The notes: a model not told the origin generated them from the letters alone. A DNA stretch of 61,391 nucleotides from a virus (IMGVR_UViG_3300042866_000779:1-61391); one strand, 5' to 3'; positions 19,408 to 29,447 are shown, counted from the first letter of the stretch. Made by a program: numbers and translations.

Positions 19408-20526
19408 TTACTCTTCGATTACTGGGACTAGGAATCTCTTGCCGCCGACCATCACATAGATGCCGCCCACCATGTAGGGCTGGGTAAGCTCCATGCCGTC
19501 TGCTGACAGGCCGATGATCGTGCCATCAAGTTGCTGGGTGATCGGGGCGTCGTTGTAGGTAAACAGCGGAGTGGGGTCTGCTCCGGGTGGAGCGGCCGGT
19601 GCTTCGATCAGCGGGAACAAGTACCGCTTGCCGTTGACCATTACCGGGACACCACCAACCATGTAGGGCTGGTGAATCTCTTGGCCGTCAGCCGACAGGC
19701 CGATGGGAAGGCCGTTGGGCTGTTCAGCCACCGGGGCACTGGCATAGATCGGCGGGTTCGTGTTGCTGAACGGCAGGTTGGTGGTGACGCCAGAGTCACC
19801 GTTCGGCATTACCCAGAGAGTGCCCTTAACCTTGGGGTCTGGCGGCTGGGTGTCGGAGACAATCACTGGCTCAGAGAAGTACCAGTTCTCGTCATCCGCA
19901 TCAGAGCGGAGGAAGCCATCGGAGGTTGGCGGGGGCAGTTCAAAGCCGCCGAAGTATTCCGGCTCCCCGTCAGCCCTCAAGGGGCTAATGGTGCCGCCAT
20001 ACTTGATCCCGCCGGACACGCTGAGTACACCACCAATCGTGGTGCTAGAGCCGACATTCAGCTTCCACAGCGAGGTGTTGCTACCAGAGTTGGCTATCTG
20101 GCCGCTCTTCAGGGCGGCTTCTAAGCGGGCAACGTAGTCCTGAATCGGGTAGTTGGTGCTGGGGTAGGCCGCAATGGAGTTGGGGGCAATGTAGTCAGGC
20201 CCCCCCGTGTAAGGCGGGTTGCCAAACGTGAACCCCGTGGAGTCGATGTTGCCACTGGCAACGCCACCGCCACCACCACCCTGACCGTCTACCAGCCACG
20301 GAAGCTGGGACCACTTCAGCCAACCGTCACCGATCTTGAGGTTGGGGCCAGAGGTGGCACCAATGACGTAACCCATCTCACCAGAGGCAAGGATTGGGTC
20401 GTTCTTGGCCCAGTTTTCAGCCGTATCTTGGCGTACCCTGATCTTCCAGTAGCCCCGCTCATCGGAAGCGCAGTTGGATTGGGTGCTAGGCGTGTGGCAG
20501 GGAATGGCTGGGGAACAGTCGGCCAT
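19408..20526 (-). CDS. Tail-associated protein with Mtd-N-like domain and duplicated C-terminal module
   Basis: RQDTAENWAKNDPILASGEMG...LKIGDG; two IGLSADGxExxQPYMVGG repeats. Confidence 0.7.
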   Translation of the reverse strand: MADCSPAIPCHTPSTQSNCASDERGYWKIRVRQDTAENWAKNDPILASGEMGYVIGATSGPNLKIGDGWLKWSQLPWLVDGQGGGGGGVASGNIDSTGFTFGNPPYTGGPDYIAPNSIAAYPSTNYPIQDYVARLEAALKSGQIANSGSNTSLWKLNVGSSTTIGGVLSVSGGIKYGGTISPLRADGEPEYFGGFELPPPTSDGFLRSDADDENWYFSEPVIVSDTQPPDPKVKGTLWVMPNGDSGVTTNLPFSNTNPPIYASAPVAEQPNGLPIGLSADGQEIHQPYMVGGVPVMVNGKRYLFPLIEAPAAPPGADPTPLFTYNDAPITQQLDGTIIGLSADGMELTQPYMVGGIYVMVGGKRFLVPVIEE

Positions 20527-20542
20527 GCAGAGTCTCCTGCAC

Positions 20543-20555
20543 TATTTATGTCCCG
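20543..20555 (-). promoter_or_regulatory. Putative late promoter motif CGGGACATAAATA, copy 2
   Basis: Intergenic; followed 4 nt later by AGGAG and then the ATG at 20526. Confidence 0.6.
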
Positions 20556-20574
20556 GCCAGCCGAAACTGAACCG

Positions 20575-21114
20575 CTACTTGCTCCGCTTCCATGCTGGTG
20601 AGTGCTTTTCCTTCACCTGCCGGACAGCCTCTTGGCGGGTCAGCTTGGGGTCACTTGCCATCGCTTGCTTGGCCAGCTTGTTCACAATCTTGGGGTTGAG
20701 GGCGGCACGAACCGGCTCGACCTCATGGCCCTCGACGTTACAGATGCCACTCACGTTGAGGTTGCGGGCCTTGGCTACTCGCTTGATGTCGGACACAGAG
20801 TCCACCCAAGCACTGGGGTCCATGTGCCCACGCTTGTCTGCAAGCCCGCCCAAGTAATACTTTCCGCTCACGTTGATCCCAGCCGCCTTGGCTTCACGGG
20901 CCATCTTCTTGGCCATTCGGGGCGGCAGCCCGTCCATCCAGTTACCGTCGAGCCGTCCCTGCATGAAGGCCCGGTCGGTGCCTTGGGTGCCCGGGGGTTG
21001 CTGAAGAGCCGTCATCAAGGCCCAACGCTCCCCGTAACCCATAGCCAAGACCTTCTTGTAGTGGTCCTGAACGTGCTTGGGTGCGTTCTTGATCTCAAAC
21101 GGAAGTTCGATCAC
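20575..21114 (-). CDS. Hypothetical basic protein downstream of portal
   Basis: ORF overlapping the portal stop. Confidence 0.7.
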   Translation of the reverse strand: MIELPFEIKNAPKHVQDHYKKVLAMGYGERWALMTALQQPPGTQGTDRAFMQGRLDGNWMDGLPPRMAKKMAREAKAAGINVSGKYYLGGLADKRGHMDPSAWVDSVSDIKRVAKARNLNVSGICNVEGHEVEPVRAALNPKIVNKLAKQAMASDPKLTRQEAVRQVKEKHSPAWKRSK

Positions 21115-23207
21115 GGCTGCATCTCCGGGGGAATGGGCTCAGGGGGCGGAACCTCCCCGCCGCCCGCCGGGGCCGGGGAGGCGGCATCGGCTGGTCCAGC
21201 GGGCGGCTGGGGGGGTTGAGGTGGCGGCGGCTCAGGGATCATGTAAGGAGCGAAGTCAACGTCGATGGCCTCGCAGTAATCCCTCAGGAGTGCATTCATC
21301 GGCCCCGGCATCCCCTGCATTACAAGGGGCTGGAGGACTGGGCCCAACGTCTGGAGAGCGATCTGGAGAGCTTCGATCCGCCCAGCTTTGTTTGGCTTCC
21401 TCGCGCTACCGGCCTCAATGCGGTAGTCGTAGTTCATCGCAAGCTGGCCCAAGCTCACCTGTTCCTGAAGGCTCTTCCAGACAGACGCACCGATGGGGCC
21501 AAGCACAGGAGCGATGTCCTGCTCTTGGAGTAACCAACGGGCTGCCAGAGCTTCACGGCGGGCCAGCATGGACATAGCGTCCTCCAGCGCGTTCGCCATA
21601 TCGTCTGGCCTGACCGAAATCTGTTCCGACTTCACCTGCGCTTCTGCGGCTGACCTATAGGAATTTCTGGTCATACCGTAAGTGAGTTCGGTCAAACCGA
21701 CCCGCTTGTCGAACATCTCCGAAACGGCTTGGACAATTTGCCATAACTCAGGCGTGACCTGAGGAAGCTGGAGGACAGACACGATGTCATTCACCGACCG
21801 GCCCAGAGTCTCGGACAACTCCAGCATGGAGAAGCCGGACTGTTCGTGCCGCAGCAACTGATCCTTGATGTCATCTCCAGCCGCCTTGCTCACGCCCACC
21901 AGAGTCTTGGACGAGATCATCACCCGGGTAGCAAGGAAAGAAAGTGCCCAGTTCAGGAATTTCAATTCCGGCATACCCGGTTTCATGTGACTGATCGGCC
22001 ACACTGACCCGGGCTTTCGGTGGAACTGGAGCGGAGTGAACGGCCACCCGTTGTGATCCGCAAAAAACGGGATTGGCCAGCGGGTCCGGGTGAACAAGCT
22101 GTTGGGAAGACCTGTCTCGTCAGGCTCCTCCATTGCCACTTCTTTGGGGCAATTCAGGGGGAAATCCACACCCTCTGCCACCACCAGATAGCAGTTCGGG
22201 CCCAGCCCATCGAACATCTGGGCGAACTCTTTGGGGGCTCCCTTGAGCGTGTGACCGAATCCCGTCTTGGAGTAGATTTTCCAATAGACGATCAGGTCGT
22301 TCGTCTTGCCGTTCTTCTTCTTCATCTTGTAGCCACGGTCTTCTTCCATAGACCGGGCGACGAAGCTCTCCATGTGCCCCTTCAGTTCGGCACGATCCAA
22401 GCCGTACTTCTCGGCCACCTCGGCAATCGGGTGAACGCATCGGCGGGCGCACCACAGGATGTCTTCCTGTTCGTCAGCGTCCGGGTCCAGAAGCAGGTTG
22501 TCCACGGAATCATGGAAGGAGCCGATGAGCCCAACCGGCGGGCCGTCCTCGCCGCCCATCTCAATCAGTTCGGTCCACCAGACACCCATCCCCTTGAGGA
22601 TGCCCTCGTCCACCACCTTGCGAGTGTGTTCCTTCAAGTTCAACTGGCCGGGGGTGTAGTTCAAATAGGCACTGACGATCTCGGAGAAGGCATCCCGCTG
22701 CTTCTCGACCATGCCGATCTGTTGGCTGGCCTGAACGTACTGCTCGACCTCCGGGGGCAGCATCGGCTGACCAGTCATCGGGTCCATCTGAGGCGGCTGG
22801 CTTGCATCAATGCCAACAGCCTCAGGCGGGACGGCAGGGAACTTCTTGGCTGTAACCGTCCGCACAGGGTTGCGGGCATAGATAACTGAGCCAATGAGCT
22901 TTACAGCCTCAAACGCCCGATTCACAGTCATCCGAAAGCTGGGGGGAGAAATCTTGGAGTAAGGGGCCGCACCCTCTTTCCAGAAGAAGTTCTCCCCACC
23001 GTCGAAGAAGTTCATCGCTTCCCGGGCATCCTCGGAGAAAGCCTTCTTTGCCTTGCGGGCAAGCTCCAGCTTCTTGAGCCAGCCGGTGGAGATGCTTCTG
23101 AGGGCATCTTCCATCTGCCTCTGGGGGACCACATCCGGCGGCGGATCAGCCAGTTGGCTGGGGTCACCACCGGCCATCGGAACGTCTGGGTCAAGGTTCT
23201 CGTCCAT
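21111..23207 (-). CDS. Portal protein (P22-like size and position)
   Basis: ~700 aa close downstream of TerL; GVWWTE, RSAAEAQVK and IEAGSARKPN segments; Pro-rich tail. Confidence 0.75.
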   Translation of the reverse strand: MDENLDPDVPMAGGDPSQLADPPPDVVPQRQMEDALRSISTGWLKKLELARKAKKAFSEDAREAMNFFDGGENFFWKEGAAPYSKISPPSFRMTVNRAFEAVKLIGSVIYARNPVRTVTAKKFPAVPPEAVGIDASQPPQMDPMTGQPMLPPEVEQYVQASQQIGMVEKQRDAFSEIVSAYLNYTPGQLNLKEHTRKVVDEGILKGMGVWWTELIEMGGEDGPPVGLIGSFHDSVDNLLLDPDADEQEDILWCARRCVHPIAEVAEKYGLDRAELKGHMESFVARSMEEDRGYKMKKKNGKTNDLIVYWKIYSKTGFGHTLKGAPKEFAQMFDGLGPNCYLVVAEGVDFPLNCPKEVAMEEPDETGLPNSLFTRTRWPIPFFADHNGWPFTPLQFHRKPGSVWPISHMKPGMPELKFLNWALSFLATRVMISSKTLVGVSKAAGDDIKDQLLRHEQSGFSMLELSETLGRSVNDIVSVLQLPQVTPELWQIVQAVSEMFDKRVGLTELTYGMTRNSYRSAAEAQVKSEQISVRPDDMANALEDAMSMLARREALAARWLLQEQDIAPVLGPIGASVWKSLQEQVSLGQLAMNYDYRIEAGSARKPNKAGRIEALQIALQTLGPVLQPLVMQGMPGPMNALLRDYCEAIDVDFAPYMIPEPPPPQPPQPPAGPADAASPAPAGGGEVPPPEPIPPEMQP

Positions 23208-23545
23208 CACTTCCCCCCGTATCTGCGACAACAGTACCACTGACCGCTTGGGCCTTGTGCGTAACCAACGTCAACGTCCGGCATACCGCTGTTGGCAAAG
23301 CAACAGTTCCGGTAGGCAGCGTCAGGAGAAGAGCCCATGCCCAACCCCTCTGGGCCAGAGTTACCACCAAGGTGCTGGAGCCGCCCCATGCGGGCACAGG
23401 CTTCAGCCACACCCTGAGCGGTGTTGGTAGCCGCCCTGACCATGTTCTGGACCGGCTGACCTTGCTGGTACTGGCGACGGGGCTTTGCGTGAGCCACCCC
23501 CGTCAAGATCAAACACATCGTGAAAGCCGTAAGAAGGCGACTCAT
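23207..23545 (-). CDS. Secreted small Cys-rich CAP-like protein
   Basis: Signal peptide MSRLLTAFTMCLILTGVAHA; H..GG..EG.G...CC...GYAQG..WYCC. Confidence 0.6.
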   Translation of the reverse strand: MSRLLTAFTMCLILTGVAHAKPRRQYQQGQPVQNMVRAATNTAQGVAEACARMGRLQHLGGNSGPEGLGMGSSPDAAYRNCCFANSGMPDVDVGYAQGPSGQWYCCRRYGGK

Positions 23546-23922
23546 TCGGCCACCTCCACTTCCACCTTGGGCGGGCGACCGGGGCCACGGCGAACAGGCT
23601 CCTCCACAGGGGTGCGGGCCTCGGCCATCTTGAGCTTTGTCAAGAAGCCACGGATTTCCTTGAGGGTTTCGGTGTGCGGATGCAGCGTGAAACAGCCCCA
23701 CTGGGTCCAGTTACCGGCCATCTCGTTCTCTTTCCAGAACGGATCATCCTTGTAACGAACCGACTTCTTCTCAACGAAACCGGAGTTCTCTGAGAACACC
23801 AGTACGGAGATGGTTTCCCGGCCCTTCTGAATACACCACCCCAAGCTGGGTGGAGAAGAATTCAGCGGATCGTCATGCCAAAAGACCTGATCACCAACCG
23901 CCACCTCGGGCATCGAATACAT
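23542..23922 (-). CDS. Hypothetical protein with C-terminal RRGPGRPPK (AT-hook-like)
   Basis: GGAGG SD; operon context. Confidence 0.65.
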   Translation of the reverse strand: MYSMPEVAVGDQVFWHDDPLNSSPPSLGWCIQKGRETISVLVFSENSGFVEKKSVRYKDDPFWKENEMAGNWTQWGCFTLHPHTETLKEIRGFLTKLKMAEARTPVEEPVRRGPGRPPKVEVEVAE

Positions 23923-23985
23923 GGTTGCCTCCAATGTAAAAAGGGACTGGCAGTAGCGTATCGGTCCCTTGTGGGCGGGCAATGG

Positions 23986-25647
23986 TTACGCGACGTAAGT
24001 TTGTGTCGTGTAACTCGCAGGTGTCAGATACACCACGCTGGCATCTTCGCCCCTCGCTTTGCGCCTGCGGGCTATCCAGTCTTCCCACCATGCCTTCTCT
24101 GCCTTGGCTTCAGGCTTGTGGTACTTCATTTCCGCAGCCATGAGGTAACGCATACAGTCCATTAAGTGGGAGACAGACCGTGGGTGCGGCTTGTCGAGGA
24201 CGATGCTGTGACCACCCACCACTGTTGACTGCCGCTTGTACCGCTTGATCTCTCGGATGAAGTTGGGCATGGCACCTTCAAGGACCCGGAGGTAGGGAGT
24301 TCCCTTCGACCGGATGTGCATGGCATTACGGACGCTCTCTATGCCAGCCATGATGTCATCGCTGCCGTGCATGAAAGACGAGCCGGTGGCCTTTGACCGC
24401 ACCCCCAGTAACTCAAGCTGCTCCGCGTACTGTTGGCCCGGGGACTTTCCACCGCCAATGTCTGTCAGGCGGGCACCATGCGAATCTATGATAAAGGCGT
24501 AAAATTGGGGCTGCCCTGCCAGCTTGTTGGCGAACTTCTCGGCAAATACCACGGCGGAACAGTTGGGGATGTACAGTTCGTCATAGAGGAGAACGAAGTC
24601 CCCAGACGGTGGGATGGCCGCGAACATCACCGCACAGATGGCATGGCCCGGGTCGATGGCCGCATACCTGCACCAGTCTGCGGGAATCTGGCCGTCAGGC
24701 AGTTCCTTGCGGGAAAAGCCGTGGACTCCCATGTTGAAACTGCCGTACATGAGAACGGAGTCGAAGGTGAACTCACCCTCCGCTCTCATCCTCAGGACTT
24801 CCTCGCCCTGTGCGGCCCACTGTTCCACAGCTAGGGCACGGGCTTCCTTGGAGATGTGTTCGTTGTCGAGGAACCGCAGGACGAACTTCTTGGGGTTGTC
24901 ATGCCCTTCCTCTGCCGCCTTGTCAGCCCGTTCGCACAGGCCAAAGAGCGCGTCATTCTTGGAGTGCGGGGTTGCCGACCACACCAGCCGCCCTTTGTAG
25001 TCAGCAAGACGAGCTTGTAACTCAGCCAGCCAAGTGCTTTCGGAAGCCAAGTCCTCGTCAATCCAAGCAAGATGGGCACGGTAGCCCTGTGGAGGATCAC
25101 CCTCAGACGAGAAGAAGTAGATTTGCCATCCGTTGGTCAACTCGCAGGACTGCATATACCCTGCGGACTTCAGAACCCAGCTAATGTTCTTGATCATCCG
25201 GGGCGGAATCAGGGGCGGGGAGGGCTTGGCCTCGGACTCCCGGGCCTTGTCCGCAACCGGGTCATACGCCCGCCACTCTTTAGTATCGGGGTCTTGGATG
25301 ATCTTAAATGCCCCTGCCTTGAATAAGCCCCTCACGCACACCATCCCGATGTGCCGCCAGTCGGCCCCCACAACCACCGCTGTGCCGTTTTCCTTCGGGT
25401 ACTTCCCTTCAATGGGGTGCGTCCCGGTTACAGCCCACGCGAACTCCAGCATGGCAGCCGTAGTCTTGCCGCTCCGATTTCCCCCCAGCACAACACGCTC
25501 TGAAGCCATGCAGTCATGGAAGGGTTGCTGGTTGGCATTGGGTCGATAGAGCCTGACAGACTCAAGCTGGCGGGATGCCAACTCCCTCTGTAGGTCGAGC
25601 ATCTCCTGTCTGGAGTGCTGCGAGACATTATCAAGAGGGTTCGCCAT
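23986..25647 (-). CDS. terL: Terminase large subunit
   Basis: Walker A GGNRSGKT, Walker B WIDE, motif III SATP, RuvC-like nuclease IDPG...HLMDCMRY. Confidence 0.93.
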   Translation of the reverse strand: MANPLDNVSQHSRQEMLDLQRELASRQLESVRLYRPNANQQPFHDCMASERVVLGGNRSGKTTAAMLEFAWAVTGTHPIEGKYPKENGTAVVVGADWRHIGMVCVRGLFKAGAFKIIQDPDTKEWRAYDPVADKARESEAKPSPPLIPPRMIKNISWVLKSAGYMQSCELTNGWQIYFFSSEGDPPQGYRAHLAWIDEDLASESTWLAELQARLADYKGRLVWSATPHSKNDALFGLCERADKAAEEGHDNPKKFVLRFLDNEHISKEARALAVEQWAAQGEEVLRMRAEGEFTFDSVLMYGSFNMGVHGFSRKELPDGQIPADWCRYAAIDPGHAICAVMFAAIPPSGDFVLLYDELYIPNCSAVVFAEKFANKLAGQPQFYAFIIDSHGARLTDIGGGKSPGQQYAEQLELLGVRSKATGSSFMHGSDDIMAGIESVRNAMHIRSKGTPYLRVLEGAMPNFIREIKRYKRQSTVVGGHSIVLDKPHPRSVSHLMDCMRYLMAAEMKYHKPEAKAEKAWWEDWIARRRKARGEDASVVYLTPASYTTQTYVA

Positions 25648-26287
25648 GTGGGACCTCCACAAGGCGGCTCATGTTCATGGCCTGCTCTATCTCGGCCACG
25701 GGAATCTGGTTGGCCTGAATCATCCCAGCCGGGATTTCCACCTCAGTGGACTGGTTCAGGTAGTCCAGATTCTTCTGGGACTCCGCAGCCAGAGCAATCT
25801 TCTGGGCAAGCCGTGCCTCTAGCTCGTCATCGGTCATCAAGCTGACCGGCTTCTGGACTGCCCCGCTATCCGCCACGTTGTTCGTGAGCCTGACCACAGT
25901 CTCCAGAATGCTGGTGCGGATACGCCCGCCCGGTGGGGCTGAGTGGTAGGTGTGGGCCAGTTCGTTGGCCAGACCGTTGACACCACCAAAGAGTCCGTAG
26001 ATCGACTCCAGCAACTCAGTGGAGTGGGGGATGTTGCTGCCGCCCTTGCGGACAAGCGGGGCCTGCATGAACGCTTCCGCCGCCCGCCGGGAGGTTGTCT
26101 CAATCTTCTGCCGGTGCTTGACCAGCTTGTAGCAGGCTTTGCAGATCGGCTGGAGAGTGTGCTGGGTTCCGGGGACAAGAGGCCACCTGCGACGGTCGAG
26201 CGGCTTGACGATGCCACACGCCTCACAGGCACGGCTACTTGCTATAGGGCCGTCAGGCTGAACGTCTGGGATGTCCACTTCTTCCAT
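25631..26287 (-). CDS. Putative terminase small subunit with N-terminal Zn ribbon
   Basis: Directly upstream of terL; CxxC...CxxC; LMTDDELEARL motif. Confidence 0.55.
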   Translation of the reverse strand: MEEVDIPDVQPDGPIASSRACEACGIVKPLDRRRWPLVPGTQHTLQPICKACYKLVKHRQKIETTSRRAAEAFMQAPLVRKGGSNIPHSTELLESIYGLFGGVNGLANELAHTYHSAPPGGRIRTSILETVVRLTNNVADSGAVQKPVSLMTDDELEARLAQKIALAAESQKNLDYLNQSTEVEIPAGMIQANQIPVAEIEQAMNMSRLVEVPHGEPS

Positions 26288-26290
26288 GCT

Positions 26291-26506
26291 TCACCTATCA
26301 AGCTGGAGGGAAGACGCGCTTGGGTCAGGTCTGATTCCCGCAGCCATCTTCTGGAGCTTCACAAGAGGGCTCTCTTCCTCAGTTGGCTGACCGTCCTGTC
26401 GGGCCATCAGGTCGCCAACAGACTGACCAGTGAGGAAGTTCCCCAGCCCAGCCACCGCATCAGATGGCAGGCGAGAGTCGAGGAGTTTTCGGATGATGTC
26501 GCTCAT
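26291..26506 (-). CDS. Small hypothetical (possible internal head) protein
   Basis: MSDIIRKLL N-terminus; overlapping start. Confidence 0.6.
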   Translation of the reverse strand: MSDIIRKLLDSRLPSDAVAGLGNFLTGQSVGDLMARQDGQPTEEESPLVKLQKMAAGIRPDPSASSLQLDR

Positions 26507-26856
26507 TCGATCCCGTTCTCTCTTCCCTTGCGGCGGGCATACTCCTCGTCTGTTTCCTGTCGGAGAAAGCCGTAGCCGCCGTTGTTGTTCTTCTTGGGGG
26601 GGGCCTGCATCTCTTGGATGTATGGGCCATCATTCGGCTTGGGGACGTAAGGCCCTCGCTCAAGAAGCGGGCCGGGAGTCACATTGCCAATCTTGAACGG
26701 CATGTTCTGGATGAAGTCGCCTGCCGCATCTGCCGCACCTGCCACTTCACCGCCAAGGCCCTGCATCAATGCCCTGATGCGGTCTTCTGGCGACTGCCCT
26801 TGGGCTTGCAGGTACTGCTGGCGGCGGCTGGGCCCCATATCAGGTGTCATTGGCAT
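26503..26856 (-). CDS. Hypothetical protein (possible internal head protein)
   Basis: AGGA SD; PEDRIRAL motif shared with 214..2718. Confidence 0.6.
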   Translation of the reverse strand: MPMTPDMGPSRRQQYLQAQGQSPEDRIRALMQGLGGEVAGAADAAGDFIQNMPFKIGNVTPGPLLERGPYVPKPNDGPYIQEMQAPPKKNNNGGYGFLRQETDEEYARRKGRENGIE

Positions 26857-26940
26857 GGTTGGTGTTCCTGTGAAAAGATGGCGGGTCCGGCTCCCCGGGG
26901 GACCATGCGCCGGTAGCATGGCCCCCCGGGGTGATGCGAA

Positions 26941-27354
26941 CTACTTGCTGTAAGCCTCGCGGACAGCCTCTTCAGCACCGGCCTCAAACTCTGCATTGGC
27001 CTCTTTCTTGGCAGCACGGGCAGCCTTCCGGTCGGCCTTAGCTTCCGCGATGGTGGCCCTTTTGACCTTACGGGCAGCCTTCTTGGCGGCATGGACACCG
27101 ACCGGGCCGCTGCCGCCGCCTTCACCAACCACCACCTCTTCGGTGACGGTGACGTTGCCGGGGCCATCGACCTCGACCTTTTCCTTCACGACGATGCCGG
27201 GACCGACAACGACTTCCTGATCGACCTCGACAGCCACGGGGGCAGCCGGGGTCTTCTTGGAGCCATGGCAGCTACCAGCCTTGGCCGGTTCGACCACGGG
27301 GATGGCCAGACAGCCAAGCAGGAGGGCGATTGCAAACACGATGTACTTCTTCAT
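26941..27354 (-). CDS. Secreted hypothetical protein (Val/Glu-rich then Lys/Ala-rich)
   Basis: Signal peptide MKKYIVFAIALLLGCLAIPVVEPAKA; GGAG SD. Confidence 0.7.
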   Translation of the reverse strand: MKKYIVFAIALLLGCLAIPVVEPAKAGSCHGSKKTPAAPVAVEVDQEVVVGPGIVVKEKVEVDGPGNVTVTEEVVVGEGGGSGPVGVHAAKKAARKVKRATIAEAKADRKAARAAKKEANAEFEAGAEEAVREAYSK

Positions 27355-27379
27355 GGGAGTTACTCCGGGGGGAAAGGGA

Positions 27380-27823
27380 CTATCTGAAGACTTGGGTCCA
27401 CATAGGGCCACGGGCCCCACGCGCATAGCCAGCACCGATCTCGGTGTACCGACCATTTAGTATGTTTGCTCTGTGCCCCCGGCTGTTCATCCAGACTTGG
27501 ACTACTTCGCTGGGGGACTTCTGATTCCACGCTACGTTCTCTCCGTACCCCATCTTGGAATGGTGCATTCGGGAGTTGGATTGAATAACGGACCATTGGT
27601 GGGCGTCGGCCATCATCTTGCTGTTTACCTTCAACGGCTGAAGCCCTCTTCGGGTTCGCTCTAGGTTTGTCAGCCTTACTACCTCAACCTCAAACTGATT
27701 GCCGACAATGAGCTTGGTGACGATCTTCGGGGGCGGGGCAGGGGGCGGGGCCACAAACCTCTTGATCCCGTATAGGGCGAAGAGGACGAGAGCCGCTCCA
27801 AATAGTCCTTTCGCCCACCTCAT
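27380..27823 (-). CDS. Membrane-anchored CAP (SCP) domain protein
   Basis: LTNLERTRRGLQPL...GENVAW...WMNSRGHRANIL...IGAG...WTQVF. Confidence 0.9.
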   Translation of the reverse strand: MRWAKGLFGAALVLFALYGIKRFVAPPPAPPPKIVTKLIVGNQFEVEVVRLTNLERTRRGLQPLKVNSKMMADAHQWSVIQSNSRMHHSKMGYGENVAWNQKSPSEVVQVWMNSRGHRANILNGRYTEIGAGYARGARGPMWTQVFR

Positions 27824-27826
27824 CGT

Positions 27827-28090
27827 TCAGTCCTTCTTGGGCTTCTCTCCGTAGACGAGGGCGAACACTAGGTCTTTGGTGGAGTCGGAAGCCACTGTGC
27901 AGCCCTCTTTCTCCAGCCTGTTCTTCAACTGGAGCAACTGCACCACGGTGTTGATCTGGGCATCCTCTTGGATGGAGTTCTTGTAGAGAAGGCTTTTGAT
28001 CCACAGGACTGCACTTCCTACCACCGCCGGGGATGCCAGCAACAACACGCCTACCAAGAGGATCAGGCTCTGTGGGTCGGTCAGGCTCAT
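27827..28090 (-). CDS. Small membrane protein (holin-like candidate)
   Basis: N-terminal hydrophobic helix and charged C-terminus. Confidence 0.5.
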   Translation of the reverse strand: MSLTDPQSLILLVGVLLLASPAVVGSAVLWIKSLLYKNSIQEDAQINTVVQLLQLKNRLEKEGCTVASDSTKDLVFALVYGEKPKKD

Positions 28091-28878
28091 TTGTCATTCC
28101 CTTTGACTATTTGGTCAAACCGCTCAGATTGCCAGTTAATGAAGTTCTTGAGGTGATGGAGGTCCGGGTACTCAGGGTCCCGCTTTTGAACCACCGCCAG
28201 CATCACCCGACAGTAACGCTCCATCTCTCTGGCGAAGTCTTCTGTCTCTTTTCTTTTATCCCACCCCAACTGGCGGCGGGCAATCGTTCCTACGATGTAG
28301 GCATTCCACTCGTCCAACAGATATGCAGGGCTCTTATTCCAGTCTTTGCGTTGCTCCACCATGTAGAGCTTGAAGATAGGGCCACGCTGATCCTTGGGAA
28401 CTGAGTTGGCTACCTCTTCGATGGTGACCTTGGGGTGCTTGAGAACTACTCCCTTGCCATTGCCCAGATAGATGCCGTGCTTGATCGTGCTGGCGTGAAG
28501 CCGGTTGGAAGCCCCGTGGGCCATCTCATGGGCCCAAGTCACCAGATCACCGGGTTCAGTTGGATCAGCCCAGTAGTGAGGGTTCTCCAGTCGGCAGTAG
28601 AGGTCAGTCAGAATCTCGCACTTCTGCGGAGTGGGCTTCCTGAGGGGCGGGCAGACGTTGGTAACGAAGGACAGGTCCGGCTTTGCCAGCACCGACACAG
28701 TTTTAGGGGTAGTCGGGATCGGGTCTGGGGGCCGGACTTGTGTTGGGACCTTGATCGGATACGGCTTAAATGGAACTGGCTGGCGGGGAGTTTTGGGCTC
28801 TTCCCGCCAGCCAGCAATGATCGTCAGCACACCAACCAGAATGGCCAACCGCCCAGCGATGGTTGCTAGGGATGCCAT
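28087..28878 (-). CDS. Signal-anchored putative zinc metallopeptidase
   Basis: N-terminal TM; HEMAH plus downstream YLLDEWNAY. Confidence 0.6.
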   Translation of the reverse strand: MASLATIAGRLAILVGVLTIIAGWREEPKTPRQPVPFKPYPIKVPTQVRPPDPIPTTPKTVSVLAKPDLSFVTNVCPPLRKPTPQKCEILTDLYCRLENPHYWADPTEPGDLVTWAHEMAHGASNRLHASTIKHGIYLGNGKGVVLKHPKVTIEEVANSVPKDQRGPIFKLYMVEQRKDWNKSPAYLLDEWNAYIVGTIARRQLGWDKRKETEDFAREMERYCRVMLAVVQKRDPEYPDLHHLKNFINWQSERFDQIVKGNDK

Positions 28879-28886
28879 TCTCCCGG

Positions 28887-29417
28887 TTAGGCAGCCGAAT
28901 GGCCGAAGCCGGTGTTGAGGAGCGTCCGCACCTTGCCGTTGGCAGGGGCCGAGATCACAACCCCGATGGCATTGGCAGCCGTCCCGGTCGCCGCAGCACC
29001 AGCCGTCGCCGTCACGAAGGCACCAGCCGCAAGGGTGGCCGCAGTCGTGACCGCAGCCGGACCCGAGACAACCAGCCAGAAGACATCGCCATTGGCGACA
29101 CCAACCGGCGGCAGGTACTCGTCCACGACGCCCAGCGGGGCATCAGCAACCGCCGCAGCCACACCGTCCACCTCGTCAAGGATGGCAGCCTTCTTGAACT
29201 TGACCACCGCGCCGGGGAGCAGGGGAGCCCCACTGGTGTTGCGGACAGCCACGCAGGTGACAGGACGATTGCTCAGGAAGACACCGGCATTGCTGGTCCG
29301 GGGATCAGTGTCGGTGAACACCTTCACGGAACCCGTTACAGCACCGCCCTGTTCGGGGACAGTAACACCAAGAGTCTGACCCCGGCCAAACCAAGGATCG
29401 CTATTCAGAATGGGCAT
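28887..29417 (-). CDS. Putative capsid decoration/cement protein
   Basis: Ala/Gly/Val-rich beta protein directly after the MCP gene. Confidence 0.6.
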   Translation of the reverse strand: MPILNSDPWFGRGQTLGVTVPEQGGAVTGSVKVFTDTDPRTSNAGVFLSNRPVTCVAVRNTSGAPLLPGAVVKFKKAAILDEVDGVAAAVADAPLGVVDEYLPPVGVANGDVFWLVVSGPAAVTTAATLAAGAFVTATAGAAATGTAANAIGVVISAPANGKVRTLLNTGFGHSAA

Positions 29418-29447
29418 GATTGCTCTACTTTCCTAGGGGTGCTGGGA

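Noticed and set aside
9954-20526. Diversity-generating retroelement suggested by Mtd-N-like domains
   Set aside because: No reverse transcriptase and no TR/VR repeat pair noticed
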